This document shows positions 1 through 11,564 of a stretch of 64,000 nt of DNA, one piece after another. Source of the DNA: Podospora anserina. Lineage: Eukaryota. The DNA is taken from contig CM030335.1 of assembly GCA_017654855.1 (NCBI GenBank), positions 744,001 through 808,000 of the forward strand. Direction: 5' to 3'. Position 1 is the stretch's first letter; every line of letters begins with the position of its first letter. The translations under genes and the position numbers were made by a program. The notes beneath the pieces were generated by a model. It saw nothing but the letters and a program-made list of their open reading frames with translations. It was not told the DNA's origin and made no database searches.

Positions 1-74
1 CGCCGAGCTGGGGGTGGTGGATTGTAATGTCGAGGTGGAGGTGGGGGTTGTGCCTCGATCTTGTTGACATACAT
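1..74 (-). CDS. Possible 5' end of a Pro-rich gene running off the window (MYVNKIEAQPPPPPRHYNPPPPAR...)
   Basis: ATG at 74-72 on the minus strand, open to the window edge; C-rich sense strand like other gene 5' ends here. Only 24 codons are visible. Confidence 0.35.
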   Translation of the reverse strand, partial: MYVNKIEAQPPPPPRHYNPPPPAR

Positions 75-871
75 CGTTAGACTGGAGGGGAGATGTTATT
101 TGGTTACGAGAAAGTCTGTAATACATTTCTCGACTGAACCTGATGGTGATGTTTGGCAAGCGGTGAGCGGTGAGAGTGGTGCTGAGTGCCTGAAGCGCGT
201 TGCTCAGCCGCAGAAACCAGTTGTGGCTGCAGGTACGGTACTGCAGCAGTGGCACAGCAACTTAAATAGACTAAGCCTTTTACGGACGCAATGGTGGTGT
301 GGATCCACCATCACTCAGGGGTTCAGGGGTTAGGGTCTGCCGTTGTTCAAAATCAGAACATGTCTTAAATAGCAGTCGACTTGCACGTTTTGTGACATGT
401 TGTTTCCCAAATCCTTCTAGAAGCCCTTTCAAAATACCAGTATGGATAGAATACAGTGCTAATATCGCCCTTGGTTGCACCCGCTGCACCATATCTCGAG
501 CCGTCTTGGCTATGGCATGTTACAGACCACGGACAAGAATACGGACCAAATATTCAGGGGTGTAACCAGATGTTGGGGACTGGCACGGGAAAAAAAAGCA
601 GGACAGATGAGATCTGCCGATCCATTTCTCCCGGAACATAACCCGGCATGTCAGCTGAAGATCTTAGAGGTTGTCAGTCAATATGTCTCCAATCGAGCTT
701 AATATGGCTATTTGATGAAGGGAACGCCCCTCACATGTTTCCCCTCGTAGAATGCCAGGCTGGTGCTCAACACAGTTTCTATAACAGACGTCAACCTTTG
801 AGTTATAACCAAGCAGTCCAACCTTCCAATTGTACACTCTATGGCATTGTTTGACCAGTGCTGCAGTCAAA

Positions 872-2568
872 ATGTGGGCTCTTTTCCTTCTTAAGATTCT
901 GTCAGCAGCAGTGCTCGTAACAGCCCAAGGCCCGCCCGCTGTCGGAGGCGGGTGCACCACTAACTCCTTCAACATCCCCAGCTGGTTCATCACCGACTTC
1001 AAGGATCTGGTCGACGACGAGAGGAAGGTGGCATTTGGTATTCTAAACCGGGCAACGAACTATACCGCCCAAGCAACATGCGGCATCGATAGGAAAGGGT
1101 ACAATCTCTGCTCTGTGTCTGGACAGTCAGCCCCTGGGAACGGCACAATTGAAATCAAGGCCTTGGTTGAGGGAACTGTGGCTCAGGTCTCTGTGAACCA
1201 AACCTGGAGCTGTAACGATCGAGGCACTCCGTAAGCTCCCAGTACCTACTTTGGTGTTCAGGCTTTCACTGACACAAATACATGTAGAGTCCAATTCACG
1301 GCATCAGGCCGGGCTCGTATCTCTCTTTACGATGTACCGGAACCAGAAGCCAGCTCTACATTCCCCCCACTGTTGATTCAAGGGACGCTCCACGCACCAG
1401 TCTCCATCACCCCAGACAGGGCGGCAGGCCCGCAAGGTCATGACCAAAAAGGTTGTCAAGCAGCGTCAGAGAAGCCAGAATGGAATATTACCCATATTTA
1501 CTATACGGATCGGCCAGCGGATGGCAACGTCGAGACGCCTTCCCGCACCTTCAATCTTTTGTTTACAAACACGGCCAATGGGTACGAGGGTGGTTGCGTG
1601 CATGGTTCCCTTGTAGGTCCAGCTGGGGAAACGAGCCTGATCTGCGCCGGGTCCGAGTTCGGGAATCTCGGAGGGAGCAGATATGCAATCAGCACCACGG
1701 CCAGCTTCGACCCTTCTGATTTCAAGTTCACAGTCAGACAAACTTGGTTTTGTGATGACGAGAATCCATCAAAGCCGTCAGTTCAGCTTCCCTTCTTATC
1801 CATTTGCCCATCACTGACGAAGATGTCCAAAGACTCCAATTCACAGCTTCCGCGAGCACAATCCTCCCACTCACTTGCACCACGACACCCCTCTCGGCCG
1901 GCTCTGCGATCAACGAGACAGTCTGCGACCGTAATCCCACTCTCGTCCTCGCAGGAAATGTGGACAGCGCCACTACCCTCCCGCCCTATTCTCTGACTGA
2001 ACCAATCCCGCGGGACAATACCTGCACCATCACCTCGATCCTCGCCCCAAAATGGCAGTTCTCGGCCTTCGAGATTGTCTACACACCAGAGAAGGAAGAG
2101 TGGGAGGCAATCAACTTTGAGATCATCCTGGCGACATACTCGGGGTTTCAGTACCCCATTCCAGTCACAGTCAGCAGAGCGGCTGGAAGGGAAGGGGGTT
2201 GGTTCGAGTGCGTCATCGGAGCCGACGGGGCGAACGATCAGCCGCTCTGGCCGTATGCCTGCTTGGTGCAATTTAATCCGGAGACGAAGGAGCTGAAGCT
2301 CAAGGCGGATTGGCAGTGTAGGGAGTTGGATGGGGATCAGCCGTGAGTTTTCCCTTCCATGTTCTTTTCAGGTCTGTTTCACGGGAAGATTGTTAACAAA
2401 AACGACAGCGTGAACTTCAGCGGTTTGACAACAACAACCATCAAGAGTGACTTCACCTGCGAGACATTTCGGGATATGGAGGTCTGCGTGACTGAAGACA
2501 CGGGATTTGTGTGGACGGCGGACATTGGGGGTGTTGTCTGGCGCTCCGTGCCGCAGTCTAACCCCTGA
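872..2568 (+). CDS. Secreted protein with three tandem Alt a 1-like (AA1-like) domains; introns 1231-1287, 1777-1832, 2343-2408
   Basis: Signal peptide MWALFLLKILSAAVLVTA. Three repeats begin C..S...P.W.(I/F)T/S and end W.C.D/E....P(V/L).F. Three GT..AG introns with branch-like sites join ORFs 830, 1373, 1804 and 2359 in frame. Family call is from motif recall. Confidence 0.75.
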
Positions 2569-2895
2569 CTCAAGTCGGCATTGATTTGATTGTTGCTATT
2601 GGATATGAGAGCCAGGAGATCATATAAATGTACGCAACGCGAGGAATATATTGTTCCGGAAGTTCCGGCTTCCAACACAACGATGCTTCGTCTCACCGAG
2701 CCAGTCTAACAACAGCAGCCAACACGCGCGTCGAAATGTTAAGTCGCGTTACACGACCCAAAACCCTTTTACTACCTAGCCTATGAATCCAGCACGCCCA
2801 TATAAGCATGCAGCTAAAGATCTCGCTGTTGTCTAACCTCGCCTTTATCCAATCCCCCGTGTGGCTCAAAGGAAGTGGTTCGTTGCGTCTAAAAC

Positions 2896-3865
2896 ATGCC
2901 CCTCATGAACTTTGACACACCACTATCACCTCATCCAGCGGATATCGAGTTCGGGTCCATCACACCCGGCGCTGAATGCCACTCATCAGACAAAAAGGGG
3001 TTTGACACAACGACGAGTTCTTCTCCAGAGCACCACCTTGACGATGTCATCCAGCATTGCAAAGCCAACCTTTTCGCAGCCCGAACAGACCTGTCCACCT
3101 TGCTAACACGAAAGGCCGGGGCGCCACTGCAGCTACAACGACTTTACACACTCAAAGTTCGTCAAAGTCAAGTAAATCTAGCTGAACAGGCATTGATGTT
3201 CCGATACTCCGTGTCTACCGAAGACTCGACACATTGGGGAAATCCAAACTTAAGCTACAGGGGCAGTATTCTCCATTATTATAGTAAGCATTCCCATAAC
3301 TCCACGAGTACGGCTGGTAACGCCTCGAAATAGTTACAGCGGTCCGCGACCTGGAGTACAGCCACCAACTCATCGAAACCAAATCACCAGTAGAAGACAA
3401 TCTCCAACTCCACAGCAGCATGCCAGACAACCTCAAAGTCCTCAAACACCTACTCCACACCCAGTTCGAGAACCAGCCACCAACAAATGTCACCGGCATC
3501 ATCCTAATCCACCAAGACAGCTAAACACTAGGAGTCTGGACCGAAAAATGCCTCCGAGCCGACATCCCCTGGTCTCTGCAAAATCTCCAGGTTTCTGAAG
3601 AAGCTGTTGCCAGGGTTCATGGGAGGTGGACTGATAATATGGCCAATGATAGTCATGGTTCTGGTTCTCGACAACGAAAAGGCAAAGGCGGGAGACGATG
3701 TGTGTGCGGCGGACATCACGTGCTTGTTATCTCTGGATTTGCGGTGTTTATATTTTCTATCTTTGTGTCGTATATCACTCGAGAAAGCCGCTGGAGATTT
3801 TTTCCGCTACGGCGGCGTATGCAGCGGTTATGGTTGTTTTCTTGGGTGCGGCGCTGGGGGCTTGA
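2896..3865 (+). pseudogene. DUF6594-like membrane protein, copy 1, with two apparent +2 frameshifts (~3700 and ~3782)
   Basis: Intron 3284-3333. The C-terminal TM segments GLIIWPMIVMVL, VLVISGFAVFIFSIFVSY and KPLEIFSATAAYAAVMVVFLG lie in three different frames but align collinearly with the paralog at 6603-6908. A second intron (3489-3531) is possible but has a weak donor. Confidence 0.65.
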
Positions 3866-4023
3866 GATTTGTCCCCAAGACAATATCGATAGACAACCAC
3901 AGTTTTTGGGTAGAGGGGCAATACATGGAGAAAGGCAGAGACTAGCAGACATGTAAGTTCCTCAAATACAAACTTGATATTCTCCAGTTTCTCGCACGAC
4001 CATGAAATCAACCTCGTCTTATT

Positions 4024-5145
4024 CTAGCACTTATCTCCGGGGCTTGTAACCCTCATCCGGAAGGCAGATACATCAGATACCGGAGGCTGATTCCGAGGCT
4101 CCCAGTAAGAGGTTTCCCTCCTCGCAAAGCCCTTCCCGCTGGTATCCTTCAGTTGACGATGTTTAAAATCTTTCAGTGTCTTGTTGCAGCCGGAATCAGG
4201 GTCCTGACAGTCGCAGGGTATGCGATAGTGGTCAGTCCGTTCAGGATCTTTCTCAAATATATCCGCACTTCCATAAGCCAGTGCTTTTCTGCTGACTACC
4301 ATACCGCATCTCCGCACGGGACGATTGAACCTCATACCCGACTCTTCATCCAGCAGCCCCACAAGATCGCTGAGGAGGTGCTGAAGACGCCGTGCCCGAT
4401 GATCCGGTATCACAACAACAATATTCGTTGGATCATCTGCCCGCTCTTTTACGATCTCCTTTTCCTCTTCCTCGCGTCTGTCTTGGGGGTTACCCTGCCG
4501 TTTCCATCCTTCGTTGGTCGAGTACAGGTACTTGAATCGGCGGTAGATGATGCTTTGGAACTCGTTCTCATAGTGTTTGAAGACCTTCTCCAACCCCTTT
4601 CCCTCCGCGTAGTCTTTTTGAAACTCGACCCAACGCATCGTCCGGAGACTTCCGTCGCCATCCACCACGGTCATGGACTCCTGCACCTCGAGAATATCCC
4701 TCTCAGCCCAACGCAGCATGAGGTTTTCCCGTCCTTCATAGTGCATCGAGACGAACTCATCCTGAATCTTCCACAATAACTTCTTCAGTTGCTCCGTTCG
4801 ACCACCTTGCATATGAGCAAAGAACTGTGTCGTCTCCCGGATGATGTGAACGCCAGCAAAGTATTGGCCAAACAGGTAGGATGTAAATTGGCTGGGCCAG
4901 CCGTTACCGTACGCTGCGCAACGTCGTGGGCTGTAGGCCGTGTCTTCCAGAATGTCGTATAACCAGTTGGCCAAGTCCCAAGACGCGATGAGAAGAGGCG
5001 CTGATGATCGGGCAAGTACTTTTCGGTTCTTTCGCGACTCGACACGTTGCTGGTTCAATCCTGACATCCATGCTGTCGTGACGGCGCCTACCAGGGCGAG
5101 AATGCCCGTCAGGATGGCTGCGATGGTACTTCCGTCGATGCTCAT
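4024..5145 (-). CDS. Intronless 373-aa hypothetical protein with N-terminal transmembrane anchor
   Basis: Long ORF. Hydrophobic TIAAILTGILALVGAVTTAW followed by a basic stretch and PLLIASWDLANWLYDIL...YLFGQYFA. Confidence 0.8.
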   Translation of the reverse strand: MSIDGSTIAAILTGILALVGAVTTAWMSGLNQQRVESRKNRKVLARSSAPLLIASWDLANWLYDILEDTAYSPRRCAAYGNGWPSQFTSYLFGQYFAGVHIIRETTQFFAHMQGGRTEQLKKLLWKIQDEFVSMHYEGRENLMLRWAERDILEVQESMTVVDGDGSLRTMRWVEFQKDYAEGKGLEKVFKHYENEFQSIIYRRFKYLYSTNEGWKRQGNPQDRREEEEKEIVKERADDPTNIVVVIPDHRARRLQHLLSDLVGLLDEESGMRFNRPVRRCGMVVSRKALAYGSADIFEKDPERTDHYRIPCDCQDPDSGCNKTLKDFKHRQLKDTSGKGFARRETSYWEPRNQPPVSDVSAFRMRVTSPGDKC

Positions 5146-5923
5146 CCTGTCTCATAAAGCCAGTTTCGGGCTTGGCGTAGGTCTTTGGGGGTGGTGTTGA
5201 AGACAAATCTTAGCAGTCCCAAGACTGAAGGACAAGTGCGGGAAGATTCGGCAAGTTTCCAAAGATGAGGTGAAGCGGTTCCCACATTCTTTTCTACAAG
5301 ACCATCGCAGATCATTGCTTCTAGACCTCGCCAAAAACGCCGGGTGAAATGGACGACACTCCCAATCAGCATTCTCCAGAATATCTTATCGGAGACTTCA
5401 GCTGTAGCTTTGACGCCCCTGACGTAACGACAGATCCAGTTCACTGCGTAATCTGTCAGAAGGTGCAGGAGGCTAGGCTCTTCTGATGCTGATCCTGCGA
5501 CTGACATATGCAAAGCTTCGGAGCAGTGTGCAGCTTCTGATTTGCATATTGAGATAGCTCTGCAGCAGGCTGTGATAGTTTTTGTGGTGTGGGGCGTCGT
5601 TTTGTGGGCTAAGGTAGGTAGAGAATAAACACGACGATCGGCCTGATGGGAATTGGGTACCTAGCAATTAGATTGGGCTCAAAGATCAAAAGCCACAGCG
5701 CGTAACAAGAGCTCCTAACTGGGCGTAGTAATAGTATAGTTCCACCTGGATGGTTGATGCCAATGCGGGGCATTTCTCAAGTCTGGAGGGCAGTGCTTGT
5801 GATACAAGGGGGTCGATGACGGGCTTTTACAGTGCTAACTTGCTGCTTGACTTGGTTTTGTCCGTCCCATCATCCCGATCGAGGCGTGGCATCCTTAACC
5901 TGTCTCTAGCACGCTTTATCACA

Positions 5924-6908
5924 ATGGGCCAAGGAACGCCCGCAACCGATCAAAATCCTGACATTGAGCTCGGGCACATGCCGCCCGAGTCTGAGTTCTC
6001 AAGAACCCCTGCACCGGTGCTCGACGAGTTACAGAAGGGTCAAGATGCCGCCGCCCGAGATTGTAGAACCGATCTCCTCTCGTTCAAACGTGAGCCAAGG
6101 TTCAGCAGGGATGGAGATATGCCAGTGTTTGGGCTATATAAGAGTCCAGCCATGATATTGGAACTTCGAGAGCTTTACATTCCCAAGGTTCGCCATCTTC
6201 GAATAAAGCTTGCCACAGAGGCGCTTGGGTATCGATACTCCATCTCGGAGAAGTGCCCAGATTGGGCAGACCCAGATGCTAAGTACACTGACAGTAGGGC
6301 GCATGATTATCGTAGGTTCGTCAGTTCACTTGAGGAAGAAAAGAGACTGATATTTCCGTACAGTGACAGCGGTTAGATATATGCAATTTATCCAGGAGGC
6401 CATCGATACTAGGTCTGCTTCAAGTGGTTGGTTACGCATCCACTCTTTCACCTCGACGGACGCCGATCTTTTGCGCACTCTACTCAAGGATCAACAAGAA
6501 CGCTTTCGCACGGTCAGTTCCCAGTCTGGCACATTGGTTGAGCAAGATCAAGGGAAATATAGCGAGGCAGTGAGCTGGAGTATAGGGTGAACAGCGACAC
6601 TTTTGGGTTCAATCTACCACAGGCTCTTGCCAGGAATTGTTGGGGGAATTCTGATCTATTTTCCAATGTTTGTCATGATGCAGACTTTCGAAAAGTCGGG
6701 GGAAACGGAGAATCCAAGCGACGGGGAAAACTCCAACCAGAGTGGTTATGACAATGCCCGAAACATGCTTCAGATATCAGGGGGCGCAGTTTTAATCTTT
6801 GCCATCTTCGTGTCGTTCTTCTCAAACAAGGCTGTTGAAGTCTTTTCAGCCACATCAGCCTACGCTGCGGTGATGGTTGTGTTCTTGGGTGCTACGATAG
6901 GGGGGTAG
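5924..6908 (+). CDS. DUF6594-like membrane protein, copy 2 (intron 6312-6363; in-frame TGA at 6588-6590, possibly a pseudogene)
   Basis: Shares DIE(L/F)G, RTDL, LY..KVR....LA..AL..RYS, TAVR and SATSAYAAVMVVFLG with copy 1, and has the same first-intron position. ORFs 6363 and 6603 are in one frame separated by a single stop. Confidence 0.65.
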
Positions 6909-8101
6909 CTTCTGGGTCAACCACATCTGCGAGCGTTTGCAAGGCTGTATCAAGCTTGTTCTCAATGGTATTAGCATTAAATAGGTCGAGTAGTGGAGAA
7001 GGCGACTTGAAAAATCGTTGACTGATAGCTTCCGTAGCTTCCATTTTCATTGATACCTAGGCAGATGAGGTACCTAAGGTACAGGAAGCTTGTTCAGGGC
7101 CTCCAGCAATCGTGCAATACGTAGTCCAAAGCACACAAATACCTACCAACTTACTTTTTGTACCGGATGTAATCGGTCATCTAACATAGCTCAGATACCA
7201 GGTAGGCATGTAGCGGCTGATGGCTGTCCCAGGTCTATCAGATTGCTCTCATCTGTCATGCCCTCGACGGGCAGTCTTGGTGATCATCATCCGCAACACT
7301 GATGGCAAGAATTCTGCAGATTACCAACAATGTCTCCACGGAGAGAAATCCTTTCCAGACGGGACTGATTCGATAACTCTGCATCTCCCGGAGAAAAATC
7401 TCCGTTCCGATGCATTTCGACACGCTAGTCGTGCTACGTCAAGACTCATTCCTTCGGCATGGCTCCATCGCGCAAGAACAATGTCTCAAAAGCCCGAGGA
7501 TCTATCACGGCCTATCGTGAAATCCTATTCGATGTCGAAGTGGGTCTTTTGGATAAACGACTCACTCGAATCGTTAGCCAGCTCCGCTGTGATGGTTAAC
7601 GCGAAGATCATGTCTTACCCCTTGCCGATGATCCGAATGCTGACCAGAGCGTCGGGTTGCATCATGGTGTCTTGAAAGGGGCCATGAACAATTTCATGAC
7701 TTGGCATTGTGTGATTTCGCATTGGATAAGGTATCGGCACCAGGGTCGGCACTCAGAATCTTTAACCTGTGATGCCGAAGTCAATGATGTCGCTGTCTTA
7801 GGTGTCGATGGGGTTTTGTGGACGGCTCTTTGAAGTGCTCTGTTGCTCGTCAAAATGTTTTGGAAAGCATGACGAAGTGTGAGGTCATGATGTATATCAG
7901 AATTACTGATGTAGAAAATCGCAACGACGACGAAAAACGAGCATAGAAGGGAGGACCTCGTCTCTAATTACCTTGCCCGAACTCTCATTACATCCCCACT
8001 CTCATCATCAATCTCTACAAAAGCAAGAAAGACCATTCCATTCCATTTGTTTTCAGACAACCCAAAGCTCTTCCCAACACTCCATCTCAACAACAACAAA
8101 C

Positions 8102-9394
8102 ATGCCCCCCAACGATTACTTCCACCAGCAAGATGCTCTACCGATGGCCAAAACTCTCCTTCTCTCGCAGTATGCCCATAACGAAGCGGCAGGTTTCTGC
8201 CATGGCTACTCCCTGGCACGGCACGACGCAGAAAGCGAGGCCAACAAGGGAGGCCACGAAGCCAGACAGGACTGGATCAAGCACATTGGTTGCGGACCTG
8301 TTGGTGAGTACGGCGGCTGCAACCCTGCTGACGGCCATTTCTGTGCTCTGGTTCTGCCAATGTGCAAGCCGGAGCGGTTGAGATTGGTTTCTTATCTTCT
8401 CGAATGTACGTTCTCACTGTCACTCACACCTGTTGATCAACCTGACAAGTTTAGACGCCTTCCTCCACGACACCGTCGTAGAAGGAGTCTCAGCTGTAAA
8501 CCCCACACCCCACGCACCCCTTCCCCATCCATGCTAACCCCCCTATCCCAGCCCACAAACCCCAACGGCACCACGACCCCCCACCCCGACGCCTTCACCC
8601 TCGGCCGACGTAACGACATCGAATCCGGCCGCAAACACCTCCAAGCCAAAACAATGAGGCAGCTCCTCTCCACCGATAAACCCTGCGCCGAACGCATCAT
8701 CCAAACCTGGAAAGCCATGCTCGCCACCACCCTTAAGCAGAAATCAAAACACTTCTTCAACCTCGAGGAGTACCTCACCTTTCGCATCGTCGACACCGGT
8801 GCGACCTTTGTCGAAGCCACAATGCTTTTTGGTATGGGGCTTATCCTGCCTAAGCATGATAAAGCCAAACTTGATGAGGTTACACGGCCGTGTTTTGCTA
8901 GTTTGGCGCTGGCGAATGATTATTTTAGCTTTGATAGGGAGTATGCTGAGTTTTGCTGTGGGGAGAAGAGGAATAAAGAGGAGAGTAGGTTGGTCAACGC
9001 GGTGTGGTTGTGTATGAATTGGTATGGGGTGGCGGTGGAGGTTGCGAAGGGGATGGTGAGGGAGGCGTGTAATGGGTATGAGAAGGAGTTTTTGAGACGG
9101 TCAGAAGAGTTTCTGAGGGGATGTGAGGGGGATCGGAGTGAGAAGGATGTGTGGGAGAGGTATTTTAGGGGGTTGAAGCATCAGGTGAGTGGGAATGTGG
9201 TTTGGAGTTTGAGGTGCCCGAGGTATCATTCTGATGAGAGGGGGTTTGATCCTAATGCTGGGGTGGAGGATGCGGTTACGGCTGAGATGAGGAGGGGTTT
9301 TCTTGCTGGGAAGCAGCAGGAAGAGCAGAAGGACAGTGATTGGTGGCAACAAGGGTTGGAGGTCACGTCTCCTGGGGTTGAGGTTGCGCTGTAA
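8102..9394 (+). CDS. Class I terpene cyclase (fusicoccadiene-synthase TC-domain-like, no prenyltransferase domain); introns 8406-8454, 8496-8551
   Basis: The spliced product gives EYAFLHDTVVE (Asp-rich motif position), RIVDTG, LANDYFSFDRE (NSE/DTE motif) and WSLRCPRY (RY pair). Confidence 0.9.
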   Translation: MPPNDYFHQQDALPMAKTLLLSQYAHNEAAGFCHGYSLARHDAESEANKGGHEARQDWIKHIGCGPVGEYGGCNPADGHFCALVLPMCKPERLRLVSYLLECTFSLSLTPVDQPDKFRRLPPRHRRRRSLSCKPHTPRTPSPSMLTPLSQPTNPNGTTTPHPDAFTLGRRNDIESGRKHLQAKTMRQLLSTDKPCAERIIQTWKAMLATTLKQKSKHFFNLEEYLTFRIVDTGATFVEATMLFGMGLILPKHDKAKLDEVTRPCFASLALANDYFSFDREYAEFCCGEKRNKEESRLVNAVWLCMNWYGVAVEVAKGMVREACNGYEKEFLRRSEEFLRGCEGDRSEKDVWERYFRGLKHQVSGNVVWSLRCPRYHSDERGFDPNAGVEDAVTAEMRRGFLAGKQQEEQKDSDWWQQGLEVTSPGVEVAL

Positions 9395-9563
9395 AGAGGG
9401 TAGAGTATTTTGGGCCGCACAACGGTCCCTGTAATTGTTTCTTTTCCGGAACTATCAACATCGTAACTGAGAAACATGTATGACAAAATAATTCAAAGTT
9501 CCTAGCATCCCTGAAGCCTCGCTTGAACACCATCGACGCCCTTCATCACTCTCCAGTCGCTGG

Positions 9564-10182
9564 CTACCGGTACCCATCCGTCTCCGTTTTTCTGCCGAGT
9601 CCACCTCCTAACCGATAGGCAACTGGAGGCGGCCCAGGATATGGTGGCAGTTCAATGTCATCATAAAGCTTAGGCTGCTGGTTGACAACGGTGTTTGGGT
9701 TGGCGCTGGTGTTGATGTTGGTGTTGGTGTCGGTGGTGCCAGCCTGTCTTTCCACATCATCCAACTGTCGGCTCGCTCGCCGGCCTGGTGATGTAACTAG
9801 TTTTGGCGAATTCTTGCCTTTTCCTCTCCCACGAACACCCGCAGCATGACTCTGTGTCTATGCAAAAACATTGTAGAATGCTAGCAATACCGCAGAAAAC
9901 AAGCCACAACGGCCAAAAGAGAGCCAGGAAGAAGGATACAGTGATGACAAGAAGTTGTTCGCACCCATCCTTAACCAGCCGTGGGTACATTCGACTTATT
10001 TCTCTGTAGACGAAACCAATGTTAAAAAGAGAAATCGGCGCGTAAAAGTGACACCCGACGACCAGGAACGTCGATACGACTTCCCTGTTTCTGCCCTCTC
10101 CTAGCCAGCTGTGGGAGTTAGCGCTCTTGAAGGCAGGAAGAACTTTCGGCTCTGACACATACTCTCTGCTCTGCAAAATCAT
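9564..10182 (-). pseudogene. Small two-TM membrane protein split by a frameshift at ~9771-9778
   Basis: TM segments and LALFWPLW, then a Cys-rich stretch. Removing one 4-nt unit of GCTCGCTC fuses ORF 9757-10278 to ORF 9564-9764 (PASRQLDDVERQ...DDIELPPYPG). Confidence 0.55.
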
Positions 10183-10532
10183 CTTGTTTCTCTGTCGCTG
10201 GACTCCTAAGTGTGGAGCGAGACTTTCTCCTGAAGTCGTAGAAGTTATGGTCCTTGATCCTGAGACTGGGCTGAGCAACGGTAGCGATTTTGATGTGGTG
10301 TGAAGGAAAGGAAGGTAATTACTCTGAGGAGACTGGACTATCTAGGTAGGTACCCACCATACCAGGCAGCGGGTGGCTGAAGTGTGTTTAAAGTTGGTAC
10401 ACTCACATTTTTGGGGGCTTGATACTCGCGCACAGAAAAGCTTTTTCCAGTTGGGTTGAGGCTTGAAGCCATAGCTACCTCATTTCCATGTCCTTCAATC
10501 ACCACCACTACCTCCAGTCTTTCTCCGACTAC

Positions 10533-10835
10533 CTAAACATGCCCAGGATATGGCGGGAGCTCAACCTCATCACGCTGACCCAGCTGTCCTCAAGAGATAG
10601 GTTGGCCACAGGATGACAAGGAGGAGTCAGCCAAAAAAGAACAACACCCTCGAGCATATATCGTTGATCGACCACCATGCAGGGCAGAGACGGTCTATCG
10701 CCGTTCTAATGCCCATGAAAAGCATTCCAACCCCATAGACGGCAAGTACCACCGTTGAAGCGTAATCGGTTCCGACTTCATGACTGCAGTACGATGTTAG
10801 GATAAGAGATCGGCGTACAAGAAGGTATCGTGCAT
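10533..10835 (-). pseudogene. Degenerate tandem paralog of the 9564-10182 gene
   Basis: Reads VLAVYGVGMLF...VLFFFG*LLLVILWPTYL, then DEVELPPYPG in another frame, matching LFWPLW and DDIELPPYPG of the neighbour. Confidence 0.5.
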
Positions 10836-11564
10836 CATTACCCCCGGGTGTGCAAGACCGCTTGGAAAGTTTCCTTTGCACGTTGCTTTCTGTCCAGTTG
10901 CGAAGTTCCAGGTTGGCAAGTACCAAGATCAAACAGGCGGGAAGTCATCGTACCTCCAATCATCCATCGAATCACCCATCGCGAAAGTCAGGTATGTACG
11001 AGCGAGTGTTGATCGAGGTAGGTACGTATGTCGGTTCCAGAACGAAGATGAGAGCGGCAAAGTGAAAAGAGAAACGTGCGAGTGGCTGCCGTGGAAATAT
11101 GGGTTTTGTGAAATTGAGGGGTAGATATAGATTCACGGTCACCGGCATGGCGCCTCTTTCGGCCTGGTGGTGGTGTAGCTTGCGTAGGTAGGAACCTTAT
11201 AGGTATTCACAGGTGAGAGACATTGAGGGCTTGTCTTTTCTTGCTCACGTTCATGAGAATACGAGGAATATATGCGCAACTTGAATGCAACGCTGTTCAT
11301 AACTTCTTTCATGTTGATGGTACTAGTAAGTAGGTATAATGTCATCATCCCAGCAAGTCAAAGAAAAACCACCAAAACAACACTTGACACCCAAACTCCA
11401 GCCCGTATAATCTCACAATCATCATCCACCATGTATATTCCATTACATATCGAGCTTCGTCATCATTCCCAGTCAATCCCCCAAAGCGAAAACACCACGC
11501 CCCTGGTTTCCCCCTCACCACATGCTGTCCAAACCAACCCGCCCCCCTCTTCCCTCATCTCCCT

